From Bugula neritina (lineage: Eukaryota > Animalia > Bryozoa): a stretch of DNA of 64,000 nucleotides. Made by a program: the position numbers and the translations under genes. Below the pieces are notes generated by a model. That model was not told the origin of the DNA and did not search any database. It saw only the letters and a program-made list of their open reading frames with translations. Positions 40,420 to 54,058 of the stretch are shown here, in pieces. Position 1 is the first letter of the stretch, and the number at the start of each line of letters is the position of its first letter. The stretch is taken from contig OZ037767.1 in the NCBI GenBank assembly GCA_964035545.1, positions 19,360,628 through 19,424,627 on the forward strand, given 5' to 3'.

Positions 40420-42671
40420 CTACTTCTCAATGTGCAGGCATTGCTTGCAGTCCTCCACTGGCCAACAACTCATGTCGTTGGCATTCTCGTGCTTTTGGCC
40501 AGCACGGTGCTCTATCCAATAAGAGAACTCAGCAAGAATCTCCAGCCAACGAGCTACTTGGCTCAAAGGCTTCGCAAGTTTACACAGCCATATCAGTGAT
40601 GCATGGTCTGTTCGTAATCTGAACGTTCTCCCATACAGATATGGCTGAAAGTGCTTGATCGCCTTGACTACTGCTAGGAGCTCCTTCCAATTGGTGCAGT
40701 AGTTCTTCCCAACAGCTGCGAGAGTCTTGCTGTAGTAAGCTACAACCACCTCACTTCCACCCTGGACTTGAGACAGAACAGCTCCCAAAATGTGGTCACT
40801 GGTGTCGGTATCCAGGATGTACTCTTTGGCCGGATCAGGATACGCCAGAATTGGCGCCTCCATTAGACGTTGCTTGAGGTGGTCAAATGTCTGCTGCTCC
40901 TTCTGTCTTCACTGTCCACTGTGTCCACTGTGTCTACTGTGTCCACTGTGTTCACTGTCCTTTAGCGGTCAGCCGATTTACCGGCTGAGCCACCCGTGCG
41001 AACTCAGGTATGTACTGCGGGTAGTGCCCAACTAGACCCAGGAATGCCCGCAGCTCAGGGAGGTCAAGAGGGACAGCCCACTTCTTCACAGCCTGTACTT
41101 TCTCCGGGTCAGTAGCGACCCTATCCAGGCCAACTACATGGCTCTGGTACGTAACTTCTGCACACTTGGAGGGCTTTAACTTTAGTCTAGCTGCACAGAG
41201 GTGGTCAAAGACCTCTCGCAGGTGACTGATATGAGTCGTAAAGTCTGGGGAGACAACAATGACAACGTCCAGATAGATTAATAAGGTCTTCCAGTGTAGC
41301 CCACTGAGCACCTGCTCCATGAGTCGGAAAGTTGCCGGGGCAGATGTAAGTCCAAATGGCAGTACTTTGCACTTCCAGAGCTCGTTGCAGATAATGAGTG
41401 CTGCTTTGTCCTGCGCATCAGAACTGAGGTGCGCTTGCCAGTACCCGCTAAGCAGATCCAAAATACTAAAGTGCTTACTACCCACGAGGGCATCCAGAGA
41501 CTCATCTATCCGAGGGAGAGGGTAGGTATTGTGGATGGTAACGCTGTTGAGTCTGCGGTAGTCCACACAGAATCTCCAGCTACCATCCTTCTTTTTGACC
41601 AGGACTACTGAAAAGCTCTACGCACCGTAGGCAGGCTCAATCAGATCTCGGTCGAGAAGATCTTGCACTTGCCAGCTCACCTCCTTCTCCGGGCCTAGAT
41701 GTCGAATTGGCTGCCTGATGGGGGCGGTACCGGCTGTCAGGGGTATCTCGTGAGAAATAACCTTAGTCAGCCCCATGTTTCCATTGCCCTGACTAAAGAC
41801 ATCACTGTACTCTGTGAGTAGTTGAGCCAATACTTGGCGTTTAGTACTACTCGTACAGTTACCACACGCTTCACCATACAGATCAGCCACGTGCTCCGGG
41901 ACTGCTCCTCGACTGGTGCGAGGGGATTTTCCATGGGTGTCGGCCACTGTTTTCAGTGCCGGACCCACATATGCTTTCTGGATTGAGTAGTACTTCCCCA
42001 CCAGCACACTAGCCGAAAATCGGACAGGTTTCGTGAAGAGGTTGATATTCTGTACGAGGAGCTCTCTCGGCAGTCTAGCCGATTCAGGCTGTTTGCCAGT
42101 CGGATTGCTCCGTGCGTTTCCTCCACCACTCCCAGGCCGGCAATCTCCCTACATTTGACTCTGCGGCGGAGAGTCACCTGGAATCTTCCTGGAACCGTGC
42201 AGTTTTACACTACTTAGAGTCTACCCACCAAGGGCTTGCCAAACTTGTCAACAGAGACAAGTTCCTTCTCAGCCATCACCACTGCGTACTTCTGGAAATC
42301 CATATGGCACTAGTGTTTCTCCAAAAATGGCATTCCCAGGATGGCATCCTCTTCAGCTGACTTACTATAAACGTCTCATGAATCACCTGATCACTAACAC
42401 GTACAGGTAGAGTGATGAAGTCGTAAAAATGAATGCATGATCTGTCCGCCAACGTACCATGCGCACCTTTGTACGGCTGGAGGCTCGCCGGCTCTCGGGC
42501 CGCAAGGGTGTCAAAGAGATGCCTACTCAGCAGGTTTGTAGTGCACCCAGTTTCCAGTAGGAATGTGGCAGATTTACCCAAAATTTTTCCGGGCAAAAAG
42601 TAGCTGCTTCCATATGGCTGGGTGCTCCTGGAGCGGTTAGTCTCTGAGGGAGACACAACTTGGGTCCGCAC
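40420..42671 (-). pseudogene. pol: Gypsy pol: protease (~42276-42671), reverse transcriptase (~40952-41760), RNase H (~40420-40863)
   Basis: Domain motifs in the ORF track; catalytic DTG changed to ETG and YLDD to YLDV; 9-bp repeat expansion (cactgtgtc) at ~40910-40960. Confidence 0.93.
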
Positions 42672-43068
42672 AGCCGGCCTCCTTTTCGTCTTAGAGACAA
42701 CAAGGGTTTTTTGAAGTTAGAAGAGTAAGTTGGGATACTCCTGCAAGTAAGCTGAATCCTCCTTCATAACCTCCCCAGGCAACCTCGTAGACCGGTTACG
42801 AAGTGGCCAGGCAAGAGGATCGGGTAGATCTTGCGGTCTCCGTGATCTCCGGGGTGCCTGCCCTTCTGTGTCTTCTGACTTCATCCGGGCCTCGGGTGGC
42901 ATGGCTAGAGGATTGGGCAGACCTTTCGATCTCTGAGGTCTTCGAGGTGCCTGCCACTCAGTATCAGCAGACTCTATTAAAATCCTCCTGGTCAACTTCT
43001 GGTCTCTCTCTCGGATGGGGCTGGCTTAGGGCCCACAGTCGGCAGAAGTTACCGTGAGCTTCGGGTGT

Positions 43069-44734
43069 TTAAAGGTAGGCGGCCTTGTGTCTCCTTACAT
43101 GCCCTGACACACCACATTCCCAGCAGGTAAGCTGCGAGGGGCGGACAGGGTCGTCTCGCGACCGGAGAGTCCGCCTATCTGCCTGGTCTTGTTGCAACTC
43201 GGTCACCGTAGCCTGCAGGCCCTTCACCATGTTCATTAACGTGATGAGCTCCATCTGTTCCGGTGACTTGGTTGTTGCTGCTGACACTTGTGGAGTAGGA
43301 AGTGTGGCGGTCCCTTCATTTTCTTCAGCCAACTAGTGAGCGGTGAAACCTGCCCCCCCCCCCGAGGTCCCTCTACCTATAAATAGGCTTTACCCATCTC
43401 CAAGGCCTCTTCCAGACTGTTGACTTTAGATGCCAGCCACACAGGATAGTTAAGGGCAACCTTTTAGCTGCAACTGCCTTGCTGAGGTTTGCATTGTAAT
43501 CATATAAGAATTCAGTACCAGTAAAATAAAATCTCACCTAATTGTGCTAGAGTCAAAATTTAAAAACTATGCTGTAGATCTTCTTTTTCTCCAGGGTAAC
43601 TTTTTTGGAAATTTCAATTTTAATTTTTTTTGCAAAGTTATAGACAAAAAACTGCCCCATTTTGGCCAATTTTGCCTGAAAAGCTGACTTTTCAGTACCA
43701 GTAAAATATCTCAGCAGCAAAGCATGATATCTGAATAAAAATTGCACTGCTGGAATCCTGAGATATTTCTCCAGGGTAAGTTTTTTTCTTTTTCCAATAA
43801 CTCTTCTAGATTGCCCACAAATTGGTGATTTATACACTGAAAATGCCATATTTTTTCATAGTAAATTAGCAGCGCGCAGTGCTTCACGCTTCAATGAGCA
43901 CGTAGGGATGAGAAGATATTGGCGCGTACATGCTAATTACAGGCTTGCTAGCTGGCAGGCTATAATGAATAGCTTGCTTGGTACTTTGTTTATGTAGCTC
44001 CTATAATGGAATGTTGATAGATAACGCAGCCCTAATGAAGGTTGCTGCTTATTGGTTGTAGTTTGATCTTAGGCTAAACAATTGCAAGTAGGCAACACGC
44101 ATGCCACCCGCAGAGTAGTGTTATTCAAGAACCTAAACTACATTTTGGGAGAAATTTATGATATTCTTAGTGAGGATGCCCTTAACTATCCTGTGCAGTA
44201 GCGCTGCAAGTTTAGATTGTTGATGCTTCGGAAAAACGCATTGTACACCAGGCGTTCTTCTTTCTACCTGTGACCTGACTGAAGCTGCAGCCTGGGCCAA
44301 TCGTTCCACTTCATCAGGTTGATCCTCCAAGGGCATCCTCCGGTCCCTCATCATGGCTTGTAGTTGGTCTGAGGTTTCCTCAGTCGTCAGACCAAAATGA
44401 GTCCGGAGAGCCCGCATGATGTCAACTTCATCAGGCCCAAGAGCAAAACTTTTGGCCGGCCTGTCAAACAGGCCCGGAGCTGAAGGATGCGCACTGGTGC
44501 TGGCCATTCAGCGATGGTGACCACATCTTCAAACTCGCGGATGAACTGCTCAACATCTCCTTCGCCTCCGAAAATCGGGAGCTTGATGCGGTACCTGTCA
44601 CTAGGTGGCGCCTGACTAGTCTCCTGAAATTCTCGGAGAGCTGTTACCAGAGCCTCAATAGTGAGGGCTGGTCTCTCTCTCGCTTTAGGGATTGTTCTAT
44701 CTTCTTCCCCTGGGGCCATCTTGTTCTCCTTCAA
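43069..44734 (-). pseudogene. gag: Gypsy gag, split by the 43440-44195 insertion
   Basis: KLPIFGGEGDVEQFIREFEDV...LRACLTG; frame NLQRY-WLASKVNSLEEALEMG restored across the insert; zinc knuckle. Confidence 0.85.
43440..44195. mobile_element. Second CACAG-ended non-autonomous DNA transposon, 756 bp
   Basis: Perfect 19-bp TIR CACAGGATAGTTAAGGGCA; 2-bp TSD CA (43438-39, 44196-97); internal ~180-bp direct repeat. Confidence 0.88.
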
Positions 44735-44924
44735 TTTATAATCTACAAATTGTTTACATAAAGTTAGCTATTTTGGTTTTCCCAAGTTTATTCTACTATT
44801 TTTGAGCTGTCTATAATATTTAAAGTGCGTACTTTTGAAACAGATAGTGTAATATACTTACCTTGTAGTGTGATTGTGTTGTAACAGTAGAAAAATTATA
44901 TTATATGTGTCTCTTTTGTTACAG

Positions 44925-45810
44925 CATATTCCAACTAAGAACTCTCCAAACACTGGATATTTCGAAAATAAACTGTCTGATACTCTGCCAGATGATGTAT
45001 TCACATTTCTTCAACTACTGAAAAGGTTGAATATAAGTGACTGTGGACTCACTACTCTACCAAAGAGGTATGTACTGCATATCATATATGTAATATAAAA
45101 CTCATAGTATACTAGTACTTTATACTGTCCTATGAAAACAAGACAAAACCTAAACACTTTTATCATGTTTTGTTCATTAGGCTGAACACTTAAAACTTTT
45201 CATGAATTCGATTTTGTTTTTCATAGTCACAACTCACAATTACCATACAAACATATTCAGCTGAAATGCCATAAAATGTTAATAAACTCTGTTTTGCTTT
45301 TTTATATGCAGTAGCTCCACTTTTAAGTGTTGTACAACAAGTTTCAACCAATTACAAATTTTACTAATACACTGCTTTCCGGCACAAAAATAATGTTTCT
45401 ACTATAACTTTATGTGCCGTAAAGCTGGTATATAAGATTTACTCAATAAATATTTATAAGATACATTTTTGCATTATTCGCCTGTAAATATTTACTCTAT
45501 AAATTAAAAAATATATATAATTGTATGTAGTATTATTTTAGTATAAAGAGTCTAACAGAGTTGCAGAGACTGAAGGTAGCATGCAATAGTCTCACCAAGA
45601 TCCTATTTTATGTGTACACATTGCATTATCTGCAAAGATTAAATGTATCCAAAAATAAACTTCTACATTCTCCAGACCCTGAAATATTACAGGTAACTCA
45701 GCTTCAAAGGCTGGAAGCACATGGCTGTGATGCTCTCACTTCTCCTCCACTAGAAATGTGTAAGAGAGAGTTGGCTGCTGTGAGACAATAATATAAGGAC
45801 TTATAACCTT
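44925..45810 (+). pseudogene. LRR exons (44925-45067 and 45542-~45810) ending in a ROCO-like LRR-to-Roc hinge; disrupted
   Basis: 143-nt frameshifted exon paralogous to 4118-4260; next exon ends LTSPPLEMCKRELAAVRQ*YKDL*, resembling the PPxEVC..G..AVRxY motif before Roc domains; no Roc exon found. Confidence 0.75.
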
Positions 45811-46599
45811 AAGCTTCTGGTAAAAATATGGTTTGAAGTGTTTTTGGGGCTTGTCATTGAGGTGCTGAATGTTTACAATGATAAGTATTTCATTAAGAGT
45901 TTCTGCTATTTGTTTATGCCAAATTATGGCTTTCCTGTGTTTGATTGTTAATTTCTAATAAATCCTTATTCAGCTTTCTAAACAGTTAAAATAATTTATA
46001 TTACAACATTTTATAGTGCTGGTCTTTACATTGAATATAAAGATGTCTTCAAAACGTGTATTCAAAAATGCAAATTTTGGTTTAACTAGCCCCACCCTTC
46101 TCTATAGCTCATATTTTCGGGTGTATTTTTGTGTGTTTTGTGCTACACATGCAATGAGTTGTTTTGAACATTTTACAAATTAAAATAACAAAATACTATA
46201 CTATAGTATATACAATACAGCATATATAACACTAAACCACATGTAGAATATATTATGAGCACTTACAAGTCCTGCTTTTAGGATATACAATGAGAAAGAG
46301 TGTTTTTGAACTTGGCAGTAATTTTGAAATGATTCCTCCATTCTACTTTTAATTCTGATTCAAAAGAAGTAAATATATCTGCATGTGTTACAATCTACTC
46401 TAAGAAGCTACTTTCAACAACTAACTTGTATTTCCATTCAAACCAATTACTAGTAATTTGTCCCCATATATCATACACTAACAGCACATTAAGTATATTG
46501 AGTAATAAAGCAAAAGTGCCTGTAAATCACATCACAATATTTTATTTAAACATAATTCTGTCTTTAGAATACAAGAAATCATCAATTCTAATTGCTTAT

Positions 46600-47627
46600 T
46601 CTAAACTAATATTTATCATGTTAGCTATTCTTTTCAAAGTATCATGTAAGGTGTTCGATCCCTGTAATTTCAGTGATGTATAGTTGGTTGATTTCATGGA
46701 GGTAAGTTGCTGTGAATGCTGTTGAACGAATGTACCATAAACTCACACTTCCTCACTCTGGTAGACTGTGTGGTTATATTGACATCTCTGTCCACAAGAT
46801 GAAACACCAACTAGAATGGAGAATAATAAGTTACTTCAGACAAGGAAATACAACTCTCACATAATGAAATGTGGTATATTGAAATGCTCCATACAAGGGG
46901 ACATAACTCTTAAGTGATGAAATGTAGCTGGAAAAGATTATATGCAATCTTTAAACCATTTATGTAAAACTTGAACTCTTTAAATCACTTGGTGCCAAGT
47001 GATCACTTTGTAAATACCACATTTAGAGGTTTTGTACTTCTCAATAATTACTTAAAACCAAAGCTTTGAATAGATCAAGTTATGTAAGACTTTGTCCAAT
47101 AAGAAAAATACTGATGTGCTATATTTTCACATTTTAGAATGGTTGATCTTTTAGGCTTGAAAAATTTAGAATTCAATGATTTAATATCTTCAGGAGGAGG
47201 AAATACAAATTTTTTCCCAACCTTTGTTTATGGAAGTAGTCATTTCTCAGAAAAGTTTTTGTGTCAGGCTAGAAATAATCAAAAATGTTACTCAAGACAT
47301 GTGTAGGTCCATTTGGTGTAAATATGAACAAAATCTGAGACGAAAAGGCGTGGGACTTTCTGAAATTTGGTTGATTTGACACGGAATGACCCATTAATTC
47401 AATTGTATTATATTTTTAGCGTTTGTTAGCTTATTATATAGTACTATTGTTAGCTGAATAAATAATAAAAATTATTTTTTGGTTTCTAAAATGTTTGTAT
47501 AAAGTATTTCAACTTTTTCAAGAAACTCCCAAAATTATCACGGTATTATAGAAAATAGTACTTACATGATAATCTCTATAAGGTGAATAGTAAGTATGCA
47601 AAAATCTATGAAAAATATGAATTTTAT
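46600..47627 (-). pseudogene. pepH: inverted pepA-type copy; exons 47627-47566, 46810-46747, 46718-~46600
   Basis: ATG changed to ATA, 1-nt deletions in exons 1 and 3, intron 2 only 28 nt, same CCA-TGA as pepA; exon 2 LVFHLVDRDVNITTQSTRVRK intact. Confidence 0.85.
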
Positions 47628-48819
47628 TTTGCCAATGAGATAAGCAGAATACCAAGAGAAAAGTTGAAATGTGTGTGCAGGTGACATGCTCTCTGTCTAT
47701 ATACTCTCAAATGCATTGGTTGTTTAAAACTAGTAATTGATGTTAAACACGCACAACTACGTATTTTTACAGCTTCAGTTCTTTATAAGTAAACAAACTT
47801 ATAATTTATATAATTATTACTCTACTAAACTTGAAAATTAGATGCCATAAAAACTAGAGACCAAAGCACTTTATCTGCCTCTTTAAGCTCTTTCCATAAT
47901 ACAGTCAGAGTATTACACCTGCTTGGTACATCCTTTTGTTAGAGAAACTCAGAAACATAGCACTATGATGTTATGCTAGAAAAATATAGTAGTAAAATAA
48001 ATTGTTTTACACAAACTAAACTGGCAGGAAAACTAACACATAAAATGCAGTTAAATACTCATTATAAGTAATTTTTCAAGACTAACTATAATATATATAC
48101 AAACTTAAGATTATACCAACAGTCTTTTTTTATAATGAAAAACTGCTGCCTTTAAGTTCCTTTGTCTGGCTGAAAGTTTCTTGAATGCAGATTATAGTTA
48201 AATGCTAAAAAAAGGTAGCATTTAGCAAGAAAACGAGGAAAGTTATTTATAACTGTGAGTATTATAGCCTTGAGAAGGTGCTTTTTCCAACAAAAAACAG
48301 TAGAAAGTACTTGAATATAGTAATAGCTATCCTGTCTTATGGTGCATCCATACCTTTATTGACTGGATAACAGTTATTCTGGCTGAAAATCTTGAAGTAT
48401 AAACACACCTTCAGTGATGCTGAAATAACAAGTGCATACTGGTCTATGTTAGGTATTAATGTGCATATATTCTACCCTAGCTTGCAGCAGTCAGTTTCTA
48501 ACCAAATTGTTTAATGTTTAGCCATAATAGGGTATATGTAAAATGAAAAACCTACTATTCAAATACGTGTTAAAATAGGCATACTAAATAAATGCCTTCA
48601 AAAATGATGTGTTTTTTTCATTATTTAAAAAAGCAAATTCTCAACAATTTATAAAATAAATTTAGAAAAAAATATTAGTAGCCCTGCCAAAATGAATTTA
48701 ATAGAAATGAAGCTAAAGAGCAATTCTCATAACAAGATTTTCAAGTCTGTATTCTCTATATTAGTAGTAAAAATAGTTGAGCATGAAGTGGTGAGTTTTA
48801 AGTATTGGCAACAAATTTC

Positions 48820-49240
48820 GTGGTATTCCAGTTGGAAGCTTGCCACCTAGACGCTTCCCACATGGACTCTTCTTAGTTACTCGCTATTTTTTATTTTATA
48901 CTATTTTATAACAATTTTAGTTTTATAAATTTAATCTTGAGTTAAATTCCTTTAGTCTGCATTAGCTTATTAATTTTGCATTTTCTATACTTCTTGTGGT
49001 TTGAAAAGGTATTTTGTTGATAAGTATTCATTAAAGATCATATCTATTATTAATGTATTACTGCTTTTTTCCGTACACATATCTATGAAAATAATAAAAT
49101 TAATAAGTTTATGCAGATCAAAGAAATTTATTTATGTGCTAAATAACAAACAATTGATCCAGTTTATTTAAATATACATATAGTTCAATAACATTCAAAT
49201 AAATTGCACATAAAATATATATTGTACTAAAATACTAAAC
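48820..49240. mobile_element. Truncated member of the 6426/7541 TIR family, abutting the segmental duplication start
   Basis: Degenerate left end (ttccagttggaagcttgccacctagacgcttcccacatgg); 49188-49227 matches 7396-7435. Confidence 0.5.
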
Positions 49241-49446
49241 CACTTCATCAGGAAATGGAGAATTTATATAAATATATAAAGTATGTAAAATACTCTAATA
49301 GTGAGATATTTATTATAAACATATTTTAATTATACATAACAATTATTATATCAAATAAGCAGAGAAGTGTAGTTGCTGTGATATTTAGCTCTACAAGCTG
49401 TAGAATAGTATGTAGAGTTTAGTTCATATAAACAAACTCAATGGTG

Positions 49447-50128
49447 TCATGGTAACGCATACTTCCTAGCCACTTTTAACAGTATTTTTCTGCTAGGAGC
49501 AGTGACTGTATCCAAATGCACATTTCCAGCTATTCCTGTCAAATAAGAATATTATGTATAACGTAAAGTTTATTAAATATATCAATATACATATTATATA
49601 TACAAAGACTTTTTATATTAAGATATGTTTATAACAACTAATAAACTACAACTATAAGTATACATAATAATCAAGTTTATAAAGTTTATTTTTACACTAA
49701 ATTTAGTTAAAAACTGACCTCTCCTATTTCGAATATGGTTTCTTCTACTGATGTTCAGCACAGACCTTCCCACTAACTAAAATACAGACTATTATGTGAC
49801 ACACAACTACAAGCTTTTAAACATTCTTTCATCACAATTTGAATAGATTAATACCAACTAGTTCTAATGAAATTATAAATAGCTAAAAACATATTTTGGA
49901 TTTACCGTTTCATTGTCAAAATTTTATCAACGTAAAATTATATTTTATATTACTTCTACTTCTAGTCAAAAGCTGTCTTCCATCAGTTAGAATTATAAAA
50001 GTTTTTTTCAAGATATAAACTATCAAGTAATACTTGAACAAATAAACCGATATTATACTTACAAATCTTGCATTTGCAATGCAGATGATAAGAAAGTAAA
50101 AAACTATCAGAAACTTTATGATTTTCAT
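49447..50128 (-). CDS. pepP copy 2, 70-aa prepropeptide: MKIIKFLIVFYFLIICIANARF|LVGRSVLNISRRNHIRNRR|GIAGNVHLDTVTAPSRKILLKVARKYALP*; exons 50128-50063, 49776-49719, 49535-49447
   Basis: All splice sites canonical, frame open, RNRR at the junction. Confidence 0.85.
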
Positions 50129-50494
50129 TTTAAGAGTAAAGATTGTATAGCAGTTATCAAGACAGAAGAGTGAAGGAAGATTTACCTCCAGCCAGGAGTG
50201 TAAGTTGTATACTCATACTGAAGGAAATAATGGCTACTCACATAGTACTGTAATTAGGAAAATTGGAGGTGCAAATAATTCTTTAATTCCATTATTTTGT
50301 TAAACCTCATTTTAGTTGCATAATGTTAGCTGGAGGTAGAGCTGAGTGCATCAATTATTCATTGTGTAACAAAACAAACATAATTATAGGTGTCCTTGAG
50401 CTTGACAGGTAAAGTTACTTAACAGAAATACAAACCCCAAACTCTTTTATCTGCTACTACAGCTTCTCTCCTCTTTGTGGTTTGTATACTGCTA

Positions 50495-50622
50495 TAGGTT
50501 TCAGTCCAGTTAGACAACTCCCAACTAGACGACCTCCACCTAGACTGCTTGATTTAAAAAGCCTGTATCTGGGAAGCGTCCAAGTGGGAAATCTAGCCTA
50601 GCATCTATCTGGAATGACACCA
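50495..50622. mobile_element. ~130-bp MITE of the 6426/7541 family, both ends present
   Basis: ggtttcagtccagttagac...catctatctggaatgacacc; same position as the 6426 left end in copy 1. Confidence 0.6.
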
Positions 50623-50914
50623 GTAGAGTAATCATAGTACCCTCCCCCTCCTAAGTTACCACCTCTATGCCAACTATCTATCTGGACTGTAACCATTTCA
50701 GTCCTACTTAGTTCTGTAAAGTAATAATTACATGGATTATGGGTTTGTTTACTTATGAAGCACTGAAGCTGTAAGAATATGTAATTGCTGTGTGTTTAAC
50801 ATAATTTATACTAGTTTTACATAACCATTGCACTTGACAGTATATAGAGAGCATGTAAACTGCACACACACATTTGACTTTCTCTCTTGGTTTCCTGCAT
50901 ATCTTATTGGCAAT

Positions 50915-51932
50915 ATGAAGGTCAAGTTTTTCATATTTCTTTCCCTATCTATTATTTACCTTACAGTGGCCAGACATGTGAGTATTAAACTTGTAGTCTA
51001 TAATATGTTAACACATTTTATAATGTATATTGATGAAAATAAAATTTTTTTTTTTATTTTTTTATTTTGAAGCACTTTTGTATTTTTGTTATGAACATTT
51101 TTTACTAAAGTTGAAGCACTTCTATGCAACTTTGAGTTTAGTAACGCCTCCCTGGAGCAAAAGAGCATAAACAATTTTTGAGCCATATATTTTTTATTGT
51201 ATCACAAGTGTATCTTTATTTTTGTTAAGCTCATTGAGTTTAAAAACTGCTAAAATTTAAAAGTATAAAATATTCTAATTTTGCTTCTTAAAAAAAGTCA
51301 TGTTAAACTAAACATTTTTTTACTTTAGATTTGCCAATTAAATTTGCCTCCTCACATCAAAATGTCAATTTTTTTATTAAAAAAAAATTTCTGATATTTC
51401 AAGAGAATTGTGAGTAGCAATAAATTTTTAAATGCTGTATTTAAATAAGATGATTTAGCATTCCAAGATTCATTAGGCAAAATGTTTTGGCCTATAACAA
51501 AACATCATAAACAATTATCCTTTCTGGCTACATTTTATTACTTAAGAGGTATGTCACATTGTGTATAGTAATCCAATATACCACATTTCATTATTTAAGA
51601 GTTTTGTTTCCTTGTCAGAATTACTTTATAATTCTCCATTCTAGTTGGTGCCTCATCTTGTGGACAGAGATGTCAATATAACCACACAGTCTACCAGAGT
51701 GAGGAAGTGTGAGTTTATAATAGATTAATAATTAGAAGTTGTCTTCTTTTGTCTTATATCCCTTGCATATATGTGAGGTAATTATTTTATTATATATTAT
51801 TGTGAAACATTAATGGATAATAATTTTACAGCCCACATTGGAGGTAATGCTCCTGATGGAGAACCTACTGTGCTTCACCCAACACACGAGGAGCTGCTAG
51901 AGATATTGAAGATTTACTTGCAAGCCCCTTAG
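50915..51932 (+). CDS. pepB copy 2, 75 aa: MKVKFFIFLSLSIIYLTVARH|LVPHLVDRDVNITTQSTRVRK|SHIGGNAPDGEPTVLHPTHEELLEILKIYLQAP*; exons 50915-50977, 51645-51708, 51832-51932
   Basis: Intact splice sites and frame; same exon lengths as copy 1. Confidence 0.85.
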
Positions 51933-52476
51933 TGTCTTATTATATCTTATAAGTTATACTGCAGAAATATTTTCATCATAATATTGTTTATTAAATTATG
52001 CTATTCTCATTATAATTTTTTTCATGCTCATCACTTATGTTTGCATTTTTCTGGAAGGATTTTATTTGTTATCTTAGAAAACTACAGTCTTTTTATGTTG
52101 TTTTTGGTGAACCTCAAGGCCGTAACAATAATAACTCATAACTGCATCCCATCTGCTTTGTTAACTTTGTCATTTGGTCAATTATAAATAAAACTAAATT
52201 ACAAAGAATTTCATTTTTCTGTTGGCTGAATTTATTCTTAAATAATAAAATTCAAGCTTTGGCTTTGTGCATCCTAATTCATACACAACAGAGCTGTGCA
52301 TAGAGTCTTTTTATAGCCAAGCTTGGCTTTCATCAAAGACTAGCATTACATAATTTCAAGATTGCAGAATCGGTAGCAGCAAATGTATTTGTTTATGACA
52401 TAGTTGGAAGTGGATATCACACAGTCAAGTATTTTATAGACCGACATAGTAGATACTAGTAAATCACTGCAATTGA

Positions 52477-53399
52477 ATGGCTAGGATAAGACATATAGTT
52501 CTTCTATTCCTCTATCTGGCTAACTTCTACATCTTGAAAGTAGGACTTGTAAGTGCTTATGATATATTATACATACGGTTTAGTATATAGTATGCTTTAT
52601 TGTAATATAATGCCAAACATTTTTCTTATGCTGATTTGTGAAATTTGCGATACCAATCTTTGCATTTGTAGTATTGAATAAGGAGAAATACTCCTTTAGT
52701 TGAATATATGTGAAATGCAGTTATATATTATGTCAATATTATAAACAATTTTCAAGTAGAAAACGGAGTACATTGATTAAACTTTCATTGCTGATTCAAC
52801 TTTTTACAGAATTTAATATTTTTTTAAGTAATAATGAAATTTCTGTGTACGGCTGCAGGGAAATTAAAAATTAATTTTTTTTAAAGCATGGAGAATTATT
52901 AAATTGCACTGAAAATAGTGAGTAACATGAAAAGAGCCTTTACAAGAGTCATTGAAAAGACAAATGTTTAAAAATATGTTTTATTTTGGTTAAAATAATT
53001 TTATGATGACCAATTTAATCATGAGTAACTTGTGGTAAGAGGTTTACACCAGTGTGGTCAGCCAACAGCCTTTGACAGCCCATATTCTGAAAAACTCTTT
53101 TAGTTTAAACTGATGATAACCATTTTATTTGAATAATAATTCTACAAAGTATGTTACTAATTCCAGATGACAACTAATTTGGGAGATCCAAGCACAGGGA
53201 TGAAGTCTGGAAGTTTCAGCTTAACCATGCGTGGTGACTGTAATCAGATGCTAGTGGCTTGTCCAATGATGGCTCCTTTTACAATGATTAAACGAATCAG
53301 AAGATGTAAAACAAATATTACTTTTAAGTTTTCATTTTCATACAGATTTACCTTTGAGACTTTAATTGCGCCACCCTCATGGGATATTGTACAAATTCA

Positions 53400-53487
<88 letters not shown>

Positions 53488-53672
53488 CACACGTTACTTT
53501 AAAAACTAATTCATGGAAGTATACAAGTAATCTCTATTTTTTACCACTTACCAGTACTCTTTAGTAAAGTCATTCCAATCTTATTCGTTTGACAGCATTT
53601 ACAGACAACCTACCTTTGGGGATTCAGCCAACTACACATCGAAGAAATTACAGGAAGTCAAGCACCTTATAA
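52477..53672 (+). CDS. pepC copy 2: MARIRHIVLLFLYLANFYILKVGL|MTTNLGDPSTG...MIKRIRR|SFTDNLPLGIQPTTHRRNYRKSSTL*; exons 52477-52548, 53167-53305, 53596-53672; helix lost to a premature stop
   Basis: CAA changed to TAA at 53670-53672; everything upstream intact. Confidence 0.7.
53398..53488. repeat. (GCAC)n tetranucleotide microsatellite in pepC copy 2 intron 2
   Basis: Direct observation; absent in copy 1. Confidence 0.95.
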
Positions 53673-54058
53673 AATATTTTGAGAAGAATAGCTAATGATA
53701 GATACTAATTTAGACAGAGGATACTTTTAGTTATACAAAATATACATTAAGAATATCTTTATTTTGACGTCTTTTTAGTCTTTTAAAGACAAAATAATGC
53801 CTAAATAAAATATTGTGACATGATGTACAGGCGTTATTTTGTTTTGGTACTCAATATACTTCATGTGGTGTTTGTATATGATATATAGGGACAAACTACT
53901 AGTCATTGATGTGAATCTGAATACAACTTAGCCGTTGAAAAAAGCTTCTTACAGCAGATTGTAACTCATGCAGATGTTTTTACTCCTTTGGAATCTGAAT
54001 TTAAAATACAATAGAGATGACGTTCCCCTATTGCCAAGATGCTCAGGAAATTCCTTTT

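Larger units (their letters stand above)
33324..44734 (-). mobile_element. Degenerate Ty3/Gypsy LTR retrotransposon, 5'-truncated; 3' LTR ~33324-33677
   Basis: Order gag (CWECGVSGH knuckle) - protease (LLETG) - RT (DYRRLN...[15 protein letters not shown]) - RNase H (ILDTDTSD...LGAVLSQ) - integrase (KLQPKFVGP*) is Gypsy-type; many stops and frameshifts; no 5' LTR or PBS seen. Confidence 0.95.

Noticed and set aside
34299-43336. Plus-strand ORFs over the Gypsy body
   Set aside because: Antisense shadows of GC-richer retroelement coding sequence, with no motifs.
47180-47393. One-ended DNA-transposon-like fragment ending gatttgacacggaatgaccc in pepH intron 1
   Set aside because: No partner TIR or TSD visible, so it cannot be supported as a defined element.
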